In this document: piece after piece, positions 38,256-49,771 of the stretch
Position numbering within the stretch: position 1 is the first letter of the stretch
How the letters are laid out: each line of letters starts with the position of its first letter
NCBI GenBank assembly: GCA_965112735.1
Contig: OZ218963.1
Location: 434,001 to 498,000, forward strand
Source: Phaeosaccion multiseriatum
Taxonomy: Eukaryota; Protista; Ochrophyta, other classes
DNA length: 64,000 bases
Direction: 5' to 3'
Translations under genes and position numbers: made by a program
The notes under the pieces: generated by a model
The model's input: only the letters and a program-made list of their open reading frames with translations
Database searches by the model: none
What the model was told of the DNA's origin: nothing

Positions 38256-38482
38256 AAAGGGAAGTACCTCTGATTGGGGGGGGGTGAAGGACCCACTTTT
38301 CGTTTTGAACGAGCCTCTGGCCCGGCATCTCAGAAGATATCGAGTGTGAAGGAGGGAGAGCGGGGCCAGCTGGAGAGCGGAAGGGCAAGGAGTGTAGGAG
38401 CAGTGGGGAGAGGAAAAGGAGTAGCGAAGGAGGTGGATGTCCTAGCCGCGAATTCTCCTGTTGCTTGTGACGAGCGGGAACA

Positions 38483-41400
38483 ATGCTTCTCCTGCTCCTC
38501 CTGCTTCTGCTGCTGCTTCTGCCATCAGCTGCTGCGAGGGCTCTGGGTGTGGACGGCGGAGACAGGTCTGTACTGGATGGGGTGAGAACAGCGGGGCGTG
38601 CTTGTCGCTGGCTTGGGGTTGATTCACGTCTTGACGCTCTTCGCCTTTCTCATTTTCGCGCCCCGCCTTCCCGCCTTGCGTCGGAGCAGGGCAGAGCTCT
38701 TGACCAAGTTCATTCACTCCGAGGACTTCTACGAGGAGCAGCACCATCGCCATGCCGTGACATTTCTCGTCGTGGGCGAAAGCCCTACGCAGCTCCCGGT
38801 AAGGCGCAGTTTGTTGCTCGGCCTCTCTCCGAGCCTCCAAGGCCTGCCGCGCACTCCAATAGGACGTCGCTAATGTGTGAGCACACACTCATCTCTCCTT
38901 TGATCGTCACTTACACAGACCTAGACGTGGTCCTGCTGGACGGGCGGGGAGAGGCGCAGCTCAGGCTGGAGCAAGGGATCGACTTTCGTGGAGGGAGCGG
39001 AAACCTATCCCCTGTCAACGGTGGTATGTGGACCCTGCGGCCGTCCGAGCAGGCCTTCAGGGACTTCCATCGCGCCCTCACCTCGGGCTTCGATCTACAG
39101 CGCGGCTGGTTGGACTTGGGCCCCATGCCCAAGTGGGACCCAACCGTGTTCATGCGCGGGCCTCGCTCGGCCCTGCCCGCGGAGATGCGACCCTTTGCAG
39201 ACGCACGGGATGGGGACACACTTCCCTGGGTCAGTTGGGGCGCCTGCTCCGACCAGGGCTTACTCTACGCCCTCTTCGCGACGGGACTCGGAAACCGCAC
39301 CGCCTCCATCGACCATCCGCACTCCCAGAGCCGCCAAGGCTTCATACACTTCGTGGGCACGCTCAAGCCCTGGGCCTTCTCGGCGGAGTGGTGGCTCGCG
39401 CTTAGGGACAAGCACTTCCGTGTGGCGCAGATGGAGAAGTGGTAAGTGAGAGAGGCGGAGCAAAAGGGACGGATGGATGGACTGACTGACTGGCTGACTG
39501 GCTGACTGGCTGATTGACTGACTGACACACGCACGCACACACGCTTCTGCGCGGATGCTTCCTTACCTCCTTGCGACAGGTACGAGAGCTTCGCCTCCCT
39601 TCTCCAGGCGTCGCCAGCCCTCCTCGAGCACCCGCACTTCGCCACTCTTCGGCAGACCCTGCACATCCCCCTCCCAGCTCTACGCCCCTCGAGAGGGGAG
39701 CCGCTCTCCCTCGAGGCACCGCCGTTCCCCTCCCTCGCGGACACGAAGGCACCCTGCTTCGGCCTAGGAAAGGTGGTCTACGCCTGCCTACCTGCCTTCT
39801 TCATGCTGGCCCCGCAGAAGTCCGGCACCTCGGACGTGTACAACCGTCTGGTGCGCCATCCTCTCATCGTGGATACAAAGGTCAAGGAGCCGCACTTCTG
39901 GGCGACCAGTGCGCATCGCTCCGGAGGCAAGGGCAGCGATGATGACCACAGCGGCAACTCGGAAACGATCGGGGGAGGTGCCGCTGGTAAGTACCTCGAC
40001 AACTTCAGTCCCCTGGTGGAGCAGCTCAACAAAGAGAGGGCCCGGGACGAGCGGCTCCGAAACGAGATGCGCGCCATGCAGCAACTGCACCACAGCGAGC
40101 CCAGCGTGGTGAGCCAGGTCAGTGAGCCCAGCGAGTCTGGCGACCCCAGTCAGGTCAGCCAGCGGAGCAGGAACGTTCAGATGACGGAGGTGGGAGAGGG
40201 CGAGCAGGATTTTCCTCCCGTGGGCTTCTCACCCCTCATCTCCGGTGACGGCTCCGCCACGACGCTGTACCTGCAGCGGCCCCTGCACCGCCCACGCAGT
40301 TCCACCTCCTTCTCTACGCCGGCTCTCGTGGCTTCCACTCTCCCAGACGCCAAGTTTGTGGCTATCCTCAGGAACCCTGTGGCGCGGCTGCTCTCCGAGT
40401 ACCACTTCTTCTTCGTGAGTACAAGTAGGAGAGCGCCATAGTCAAGAGCCGCCTGGCAGCTTTTCTCTCTACTCCCCATACCTCCCTGCCTCCCACCACC
40501 GCAAATGCCACACCCCCCCACCAGCCTACCCCTCTCTTTGCTTTGCTGTGCTGTGCTTTGCTGTGCTGTGCTTTGCTGTGCTTTGTTTTGCTTTGTTTTG
40601 CTTTGCTTTGCTTTGCTCTGCTTTGCTGTGCTTTGCTGTGTTTTGCTCTGGTTTGCTTTGCTTTACTTTACTTTCTTTGCTTTGCTTTGCTCTGCTTTGC
40701 TTTGCTTTGCTTTGCTTTGCTTTGCTTTGCTTTGCTTTGCTTTGCTCTGCTTTGCTGTGCTTTGCTGTGTTTTGCTTTGCTTTGCTGTGCTTTGCTTCGC
40801 TTTGATTTGCTTTACTTTCCTTTGCTTTGCTTTGCTCTGCTTTGCTTCGCTTTACTTTCCTTTGCTTTGCTTTGCTCTGCTTTGCTTCGCTTCGCTTTGC
40901 TTCGCTTTGCTTTGCTCTGCTTTGCTTTGCTTTGCTGTGCTGTGCTGTGCTGTGCTTTGCTTTGCTCTGCTCTGCTTTGCTTCGCTTCCCGTTGCTTTAC
41001 CCTCAACAGATTGCTGAGCCCTATCGCTGGGATGCGGAAGACCCCAAGGAAGCCATCAAAGGTAAGTCGGGCCTCGAGACTCAGAGGGCGAGAAAAGGGA
41101 TAAAAAAGAATGCCACTCTCAGCAGCAGCAACTCCCTAGAGAGCTTTGCTCACGCTCCACCCCCCTCCCCTCCCCTCCCCTCCCCACCCCACCCCCCGGC
41201 GGCGCACAGGCGCAGCGAGGATGTGTTACGACCCAGTCTCTCGCCAGCTAATGAACAAGGTCAACCTCGGCCAGAAGCCCACTCCGGAGTTGTTCGATGC
41301 CCTTGTAGACCTCAAGGTATGAAGCTGATAGACAGGCAGTGAGTGTCTCGCCAAGGGGGGGTGGGGAGTCAGTTTCATGTTCATGGTCGGCCCGAAAGCA

Positions 41401-42294
41401 GTGGCACACGAGTGGGCTTATTCGCTAAAGCCAGTCTGCCCTGCCCCCCGGGGGGGGGGGGGTCAGACAGCAAAGCGCACTCACCCGGACTGTCCCTACG
41501 GAACGGAAGTCGAATCAGAGCTGCTGATCCATATGCCTCCCAATGCCCCCCCCCGCCTCCAGGTGGGGCAGTGGAAGGAGTGTGTGGACGTGTGGGGCGA
41601 GGAGGAGTGCGCGTTCCTGGATGAGTTCTCTGCGGACCCTGGCACCGTGTGCCCTCACCTCGTTCTCGCGCTGGGCATGTACAGCGTGTTCGTGCAGCGA
41701 TGGCTAGAGGTACGTAAGTACGTAAGTAAGTAAGTACGCAAGTAAGTACGCAAGTAAGTGCGTGTGTGCGTGTGCATACAAGTGTGTGTCTACAAGTGTC
41801 TGTGAGGACGTGTGTCGGTGTGAGGCTGTATGAGTGTCGATAGCACATCACACAGAGAGATAGATGCACGCACGGATCGGGAGGGGGGGGGGCGGGCATT
41901 ATCCATTCGAAGGAGGGGTGTTCGTACTGTGGATGGAGAAGTTAATGATTGACTTTCTTACACACCTTGTCGCTCGCACCAGGCAGTTCCACGGGAGAAG
42001 ATTCTTTTCCTGCGCGCAGAGGCGTTTCTGGGGCAGGAGAGCTTACGCGGTAGCCTGGCGGAGGTGTTTGGCTTCCTGGAGCTGCCCCAGCCAACCACCT
42101 CTCAGTGGGGCGACATCCTTGGCGAAGGCATGGGCAGCGAAGCCAAGAGGGCCCACCGCTACGACTACCACGATATTATGGGGGTGGAGCCACAAATGCT
42201 GGAGGCCACTCGCCTCAAGCTACAGGAGCTCTACGGGCCCTTCAACGAGCGGCTGGACGCCCTCGTCGGGGAGGACTTCTCCGATGAGTGGTAG
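38483..42294 (+). CDS. Secretory-pathway fusion: GT8-like (GT-A) domain + CHST15/heparan-type carbohydrate sulfotransferase
   Basis: Signal peptide [22 protein letters not shown]8-like motifs: DLDVV, SPVNGGMWTLRPS, WGACSDQGLLY, IHFVGTLKPW. An in-frame splice (39441/39580) leads to PCF...CLPAFFMLAPQKSGTSDVYNRLVRHP..KEPHFW (5'-PAPS site), GDGSATTLY, KFVAILRNPVARLLSEY (3'-PAPS site), GMYSVFVQRWLE and LQELYGPFNERL. Confidence 0.8.
40535..41000. repeat. (TTTGC)n pentamer tract, intronic
   Basis: Direct reading. Confidence 0.95.
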
Positions 42295-43208
42295 GGCTCC
42301 CGCTCACTCACTCTACATACGACAACGCCGGCCCGGAGTCCAAGCCATGCTCGTGTAAGCAGGGGAGGGAGGAGGAGGAGGAGGAGGAGGAGGAGGAGAG
42401 ATGCCGCGAGCAGGCACCAATGGATGGACGGATCGATCCCGTCAGAGTCCGATACTAGAGAGAGCGACTGACTGGGAAGGCAGCGGAAGTACCGGTGCGC
42501 TTGTAGGTGTCAGGGATGGAGACGGGGACTGAGACGGCGCCCCGTTCGTGGCTGCGAAGTGCCCGCACGAGTCAGGGCAAGCCTTTGAGATGAGTGCTCA
42601 GTGTGCGGGGATAGTGAGAGGAGTGCCTCAGTACGCACTGCATCTGTTGTAACCCAACATCGCCATACACATGTACCATATGACATCCCACAGCAGCGGG
42701 TAGTCATGGAAAAGACATGGTGTCTTTGTCCTCCTTTCCGTGTCCAAAGTCCAAAGCCCGCAGGCCTCAACCGCTCCTCTTCCCCCCTCTCGTCTTGTCG
42801 CAGTCAATGCGAGGCATTTTTGTTCCTGGTTTCAGTATGACTGCTGCTGTACTGCTGCTGCCACACCCACCCGTTCCCTCAACAACTTCGGGAATCCACT
42901 GCTGTCGTGGACTGCGAGGAGCGACGGCCAATCCTCAGCGCATCTGCTCGGCTATCACCTCGAGCATCGTCTCCGCGTGAGCGCCCCCGCCCCGCCCCTC
43001 TCTTGCGGTGGCACCCCCCTTCGTCCGACGAGACGACTCGCACTCACGCACACACGCACACACGCACACACGCACACACGCACACACGCCGCACACACGC
43101 ACACACACAACGCCATTTCTAGGAGCAATGCCGGGCCCACTGCCCCCTCGTGGTGACACCGCCACGTGTCGCGCGTAGCTACGAAGGCAGCGAAGCCCCT
43201 TGGTGAGG

Positions 43209-43236
43209 GTTCGAGAAGATAAGAATTTTCGAGAAT
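43209..43236 (+). promoter_or_regulatory. Heat-shock element upstream of hsp70
   Basis: gTTCg-aGAAg, then a perfect aGAAt-tTTCg-aGAAt triplet, ~130 nt before the ATG. Confidence 0.8.
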
Positions 43237-43363
43237 ACATTAATGCCATCTGTGAATTTGAATTTGACTTCGCAATTTGACTCTTTGACCCAATTGAGGA
43301 AGACGCACACAAAACAAAAAATAAGAAACAACAGTAAGCAAAAGCACCAGAACAAGCACAATC

Positions 43364-46300
43364 ATGGCAACAGTGAGCGGAGAGACTGTGGGGATCGATC
43401 TTGGGACAACGTACTCCTGCGTCGGAGGTGAGAAGACGCAGAAGTTGGGCTCTATTTATTTTGTTGCCTGGTTTGGGGGGGGTTGTTGTACACATGCAGC
43501 ATGTGTGTGGAGCCCGCAGACCCGCACTACGTCCTGTTAGGCTTCAGAGGAAGATGTACTCAGAAACTGTCAAGAACTGTCAAGAACTGGAGATGGCGAT
43601 GATGGTTTATTTCTCCCCTTGCTTGCGCTGCTGGGCCAGCGAACAAGTTGAACTAACCCCACCCTTTCCTTGTCCTTCCTTCCCTCTTTCCTCCTACACA
43701 CAGTATGGCAGAATGACCGCGTTGAGATCATCGCCAACGATCAGGGAAACCGAACCACGCCCAGCTATGGTGAGTATGCGAGGGGGGTCCCATAATACAG
43801 AGGAGATATAGAGAGCCTCTCTCTGACGCCGCCTCCACACTGTCTTTCCTCCCCTATATCAAGTGGCCTTCACCGAGACGGAGCGCCTCATTGGCGATGC
43901 TGCCAAGAATCAGGTGGCCATGAACGCGAGCAACACCGTCTTTGACGCCAAGCGCCTCGTCGGGAGGAAATTCTCAGACTCCGCTGTCCAGAGCGACATG
44001 AAGCACTGGCCCTTTACCTGCGTCAGCGGCCCCGCCGACAAGCCCATGGTGAGCGTCGTCTTCAAGGGAGAGAAGAAGCAGTTCGCAGCTGAGGAGATAT
44101 CCGCCATGGTCTTGACCAAGATGAAGGAGGTGGCGGAGGCCTACCTCGGGACGGACGTGACCAACGCGGTCGTCACCGTCCCGGCCTACTTCAACGACAG
44201 TCAGCGCCAGGCTACGAAGGACGCGGGGGCGATTGCAGGACTCAATGTCCTCCGCATCATCAACGAGCCCACCGCCGCCGCCCTGGCCTACGGGCTGGAC
44301 AAGAAGGGGAAGGAGAAGAATGTTCTCATCTTCGACCTTGGAGGAGGAACCTTCGATGTGTCTCTGCTCACCATCGAGGAAGGCATCTTCGAGGTCAAGG
44401 CCACAGGTGCGTGCGAGTCAGTCACGGGGGGGTGGGGGAGGCGGCTCTCTTTCTTCCTACTCCTTCTCCTCCTGCTTCTACTCCTTCCCTTCTCCTTCCC
44501 TTCTTACCCTTCCTCCCCTTCCCTTTCGTATGTTCCTTGCTCCCTCGCCCCCCCCTCCTCCCCCTCCCCTCCTCCTCCTCCTCATCCCCCTCCCCTCCTC
44601 CTCCTCTCCCTCCCCTCCTCCTCCTCTCCCTCCCCTCCTCCTCCTCTCCCTCCCCTCCTCCTCCTCTCCCTCCCCTCCTCCTCCTCCCCCTCCCCTCCTC
44701 CTCCTCCCCCTCCCCTCCTCCTCCTCCCCCTCCCCCTCCCCTCCTCCTCCTCTCCCTCCCCTCCTCCTCCTCTCCCTCCCCTCATCCTCCTCATCCTCCC
44801 TCAGCCGGAGATACTCATCTCGGAGGTGAGGATTTCGACAACCGTCTCGTTGACTACTTCCTCCAAGAGTTCAAGCGCAAATTTCGCAAGGACCTGCGCA
44901 CGAACCAACGCGCCCTTCGACGTCTCCGCACGGCCTGCGAGCGGGCGAAGCGAACCCTTTCCAGCTCGACCCAGGCGCAGATCGAGATCGACTCTCTGTT
45001 CGAGGGCGTGGACTTCAACAGCACCATCACGCGTGCGCGCTTCGAGGACATGAACATGGACTACTTCAAGAGCTGCATGGAGCCTGTTGAGAAGGTTAGT
45101 GGTTGGTTGGTTGGTGGGTTGGTTGAGTGGTTGGTTGATCTGATGTGGCCATACAACACTAAGTGGTCGGGGAGGGAGGGGGCGGCGGAGAGGACGAGGG
45201 GGGGGGGGGCTAGACGGGTCGCTGAGACTGGTAGCGACTTTGTGCTAGCGATCCTTGCAGTTGTACAATAGCAATACCGACTCTCTCACCCCCCTCCCTC
45301 CCCAACCCCCTCCTTCGTTCCTTCGTTCCTTCCTTCCTTCCTTCCTTCCTTCCTTCCTTCCTTCCTTCCTTCCTTCCTTCATTCCTTCCTTCCTTCCTTC
45401 CAGGTCCTCCGGGACGCGAGTCTGAGCAAGTCCAACGTGAACGAGATTGTGCTCGTCGGGGGCTCCACACGCATCCCCAAGGTGCAGTCCCTCCTTCAGG
45501 ACTTCTTCAACGGCAAGGAGCTCTGCAAGGTACGTTTTGGACGTCAATGCAAGTGTTGGAATCAACGAGTGGACGTCGTGCGGGGTCTACTACGGCCACT
45601 CTCAAGTGCTGTGTCAGTCAGTCAAGCGATAGAGGAGGCCTTTTTACTGTCTGTCACTGTCAACACGGCCGATCAGCACGGCCGATGATTGAGTGCATAA
45701 GTGGATGCGAGAGCTGAGTTGTCTGTCGTCTTTTGACTTCCACTTCTAACAGACCATCAACCCGGACGAAGCCGTGGCCTTCGGAGCCACCGTTCAGGCG
45801 GCCATTCTGTCCGGTCAGGCGGCCAAGTCGGAGAAGCTGAGCGACCTCCTGCTGCTCGACGTAACGCCCCTGTCCATGGGACTCGAGACCGCGGGAGGCG
45901 TCATGACCGCCCTCATCAAGAGGAACACCACCGTGCCCGCCAAGAAGACGCAGACCTTCTCCACCTACGCCGACAACCAGCCCGGTGTGCTCATCCAGGT
46001 AATGTGAAGTATCGAAGCACTTGTACTTCAACCTTGAGTTTCACTTCACTCATCACTCAACCTTGAGTTTCACTTCACTCATCACTCACACACTCACGTC
46101 ACTCACACGTAAATACGTGCTCACTCGCGCTCACTCGCTCGCGCAATCACTCTCGCTCTCTCTCTCTCTCTCTGACTCGGACGCAAGCACTCTTGGTTTT
46201 GTTTTGGTTTCGTTGTTTTGCTTCGAGCCCCGTGCAGGCAACCCATGCACTCACACAATCACCCCCCCGCCCACCCACCAAATTATCCTCCCACCCACCA

Positions 46301-46655
46301 CCCAACCCACGCACTCACCCATCCACCCACTGTCCTGACACCAGGTGTTCGAGGGCGAGCGCTCCATGACCCGCGACAATCACATCCTCGGCAAGTTCGA
46401 GTTGGGGGGAATCCCCCCGATGCCCCGAGGAGTGCCGCAGATCGACGTGACGTTTGACATCGACGCCAACGGTATCCTCAATGTGCACGCCGTGGAGAAG
46501 AGCACCGGCAAGGAGAACAAGGTGGGTGGGCAGTTAGGCGGTCGGTTGGTCAGGCAGGCAGGCAGGCAGGCAGGTGGCAAGGTAGGCAGGCAGGCAGGTA
46601 GGCAGGCAGGCAGGTAGGTAGGCAGGCAGGTAGGCAGGCAGGCAGGCAGGCAGGT

Positions 46656-46702
<47 letters not shown>

Positions 46703-47097
46703 TAGGCAGGCATACGGGCAGGCAAGCATTCCTTGAGGTCGGTCAGTCTGTCAGTCGAAGTGGGGTGGGAATGGGCAGTTGGCAGTCAGTCCGTCCGTCC
46801 GTCCGTCCATCCATCCACCAGTCAGGTAGTCGGCCAGTGTACCGGTCGGTGTATCAGTGGGCAGTGCGTCGGGAATGAGGGAGACTACAATTCGCTTACT
46901 GCCTCCCGCCCTCCCCCCCTGGGTCTCCTTGAATGTTATTGTTCTCTCCCCACAGATTACGATCACCAACGACAAAGGGAGACTGTCTGATGACGACATT
47001 CAGCGCATGGTGGAGGAGGCCGAACGTTACAAATCTGAAGATGAGGTCAATCGGCAGGTCCGTAAGACACTCACACGCACACACACACATACACACA

Positions 47098-47140
<43 letters not shown>

Positions 47141-47555
47141 CACATACACACACGAAAACTTTCCTCCTTTCCTTTTCTCTCTCCCTTTATAACAGCGTGT
47201 GGAGGCGAAGAACTCTCTCGAGAACTACGCCTACTCGATGCGCAACACCATCGGGGAGGAGAAGGTGGCGGAGAAGCTCGACGCCAGCGACAAGGAGGCC
47301 GTCGAGAAGAAGATCAATGAGACCATCTCGTGGCTGGATACCAACCAAAGCGCCGAGAAGGAGGAGTTCGAGGAGAAGCAGAAGGAGCTTGAGGCGGTGT
47401 GTAACCCGCTCATGCAGAAGCTGAGTGGCGGCGCCGGAGGGATGCCACCCGGAGGCATGCCGCCAGGAGGAGTTCCCGACATGGGTGGGATGGGCGGGGG
47501 CGGGGGAGCAGAGGCCAGCGGCGGGGAGGGGCCCAAGATCGAGGAGATTGATTAA
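43364..47555 (+). CDS. HSP70: Cytosolic heat shock protein 70
   Basis: [21 protein letters not shown]|[22 protein letters not shown]|[60 protein letters not shown] repeats and GPKIEEID*; nine exons. Confidence 0.98.
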
Positions 47556-48078
47556 TTGACTGACTGAGGATGGGGGGCGGTAGAGTAGCAGCAGTTGGTG
47601 ATACAGGCGCCTTGTAGCCTAAGCAAGGTGGAGACGATGCGGATGGGGATGGATGGGCGGAAGGGGTGTCTGGCACTCAGTCTGTTGTGTGCATATTGGG
47701 ATATTAAGGGGCAGGCTCAGTCTGTTGCTGGGGAATGGGAGAGAGAGCAACCGCCGGAGGCGAGGAAGTTTCGACACACACCACGCCACACTGACGAAGA
47801 CCAGCAGCAGCACGCGCCTTCTTCAAACTCTCTGAAACTGAGAAAAATAATAATGAATGTACAATGTATTGATTGTTCACAAGTGTCCGTCTTCAACGTG
47901 GGTACTGCCCGACTGGGCAGGCAACCAAAGAGCTTGCTCTCCTATCAAGGCGTTTCCAGCCGTGGTCCGTCGTTGCATACGTTGTGGGACGTCCCCATTC
48001 CCTCCAAAGTATGTATGCATGAGAGGGGGAAACAACAGCCACAACAACCCCCACCGCAACAACAGCAACAGCAACAGC

Positions 48079-48110
<32 letters not shown>

Positions 48111-49771
48111 CCCTACCCCATGCATCAATCATCTCGACTCGATCGACAAGACCATAGTACTCACTTCTCATGCACCGATTCTTACCTGGTACATACACGT
48201 ACACACATGTAGTAGGCGTGGGTGGTGAACAAGTCAAAGCCGTGCCCGTCCTCCTCACTCCTCCTGCCGCTGCTCCCCCCGAGTCACACTGCCCCCCCCC
48301 CCGCTCCGCTCCCGCTATCTGGGACGGTATGTATGTCCACCTCACGGGCAACCCCCCCGCGAGCTCCTCGGGTCGGTCCCGTGTGTCTCTCTCGGAGGGC
48401 GAGACCCCCCCACACACTGAGTCTCACTGAGCTTAGCTCTGTCGATTCCCTTTCTAGTCCCTCGGACGCCCTCCTGCAGGTGGGCTGCTCGATCCAAACA
48501 ACTGGGCGTGCGGGACGAAGCTTCAGAGCGTGATGCAGTCAGGCCGACGAGCACAAGGGGGTGAGAGGCTGCTGCACCCTTGCTTCCATCAGCCAGTGCC
48601 ATGGCCGAGTATCGCCCATTCCCCCACGGCCTTCAACTGTGGGGTAGGATAGTAATAGCGGGGGGGGGCTGTTTTGCCTCCATCCCCTCTCGTTAGCCGC
48701 GAGTAGCTCCCTCCTGGCGGCGCAACAGCGTCACGTGCAGTCAGCCAGAGCTGCAGGTGTCGCGGCTAGAGGCAGATGCGTTACACCTCAGCCGTTCATG
48801 CTCCCCTCGACCGTCTGACTTGACTTGTCTCCAGCTTGAGCTGTGCATGGCAGGCCCTCCTGCAGCCGGCTTTCTCCCCATCTGACCTCCCCGAAAGCGC
48901 GGCCCAGGCAGCTGGCTTCTGCCTGGAGGGCTTGCCTGTCCTCAGTCTCTGCGATGGGCGTCAGCACACATGCGCGCTTCCTCCGCTGCTGCTGGCCCCA
49001 CCGTGCACAAAAAGAGTTGCGGATTCGGCGCCCTGAGACGATTCCTGAGACGAAGGGAGAGAGGAGAGGGGTGGGGAGGAGAGGAGAGGAAGGAGGATGG
49101 AGAGCAAGAAAGAAAGAAGAACAGGCAGAGAAGAATATATTTAATGAGAGAGCGGTGAGAGATAAGAGGGGGGCGAGAGTGCGGGGTGCGTAAGAGACAA
49201 GCGGAAGGCGAAGAAGGAAAGGCAGATCTCGACCTGTTTGAGAGAGAGCGGGTGCACAGGGATCGCACAGGACGAAGAAGGAGCGACGGCGACAAAGGGA
49301 GGGTCGAAAAGCACAACACGTTGAGCACCCCCACCAGCAGCAGCCGCAGCAGCAGAGAGAGCTTACCTACGCTTTGCGTTCCTAAAGCAGTTGGATTTTC
49401 TAGGAGGTAGAGTGGTAGAAAAGATTTTTCCCGTGATCTCTCACTTCTCTCAACTTCCGCCAACGTTTCCTATACGGCTACGAGCAGTTGAGAACGCAAA
49501 TCGACCTACCCGCCTTTTCATCCGCCTCCGCGTAGGAGCGTTCTCACCCGCAGTTGAGTGGGCGGTAAGGCCGCTAAGTCTTCAGCGCCCCACGCGTCTC
49601 GTCCCTTACTTACCACCCTGCTTGAGACCAGCTATTGTCAGACTGTAGACGCGATGGGAGGTTAGAAGGGCGAAAGAAAGATCGAAGACCGTGACCCGAC
49701 GACGTTCTGCCCCGTGGCTCCGGGGGCGAGAGAAGGAGAGACCGTGTTAGCTCCATCTACGGGAGTTTCTG

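Noticed and set aside
45529-46955. snoRNAs (e.g. U14) in hsp70 introns
   Set aside because: No convincing box C/D pair at a suitable spacing and no U14 antisense elements were seen.
47893-49460. Spliced minus-strand gene between hsp70 and the Q-rich ORF
   Set aside because: There are plausible donors (~49366, ~48186) and acceptors, but I could not assemble an uninterrupted ORF or recognise a motif. It may be a decayed gene or a lncRNA.
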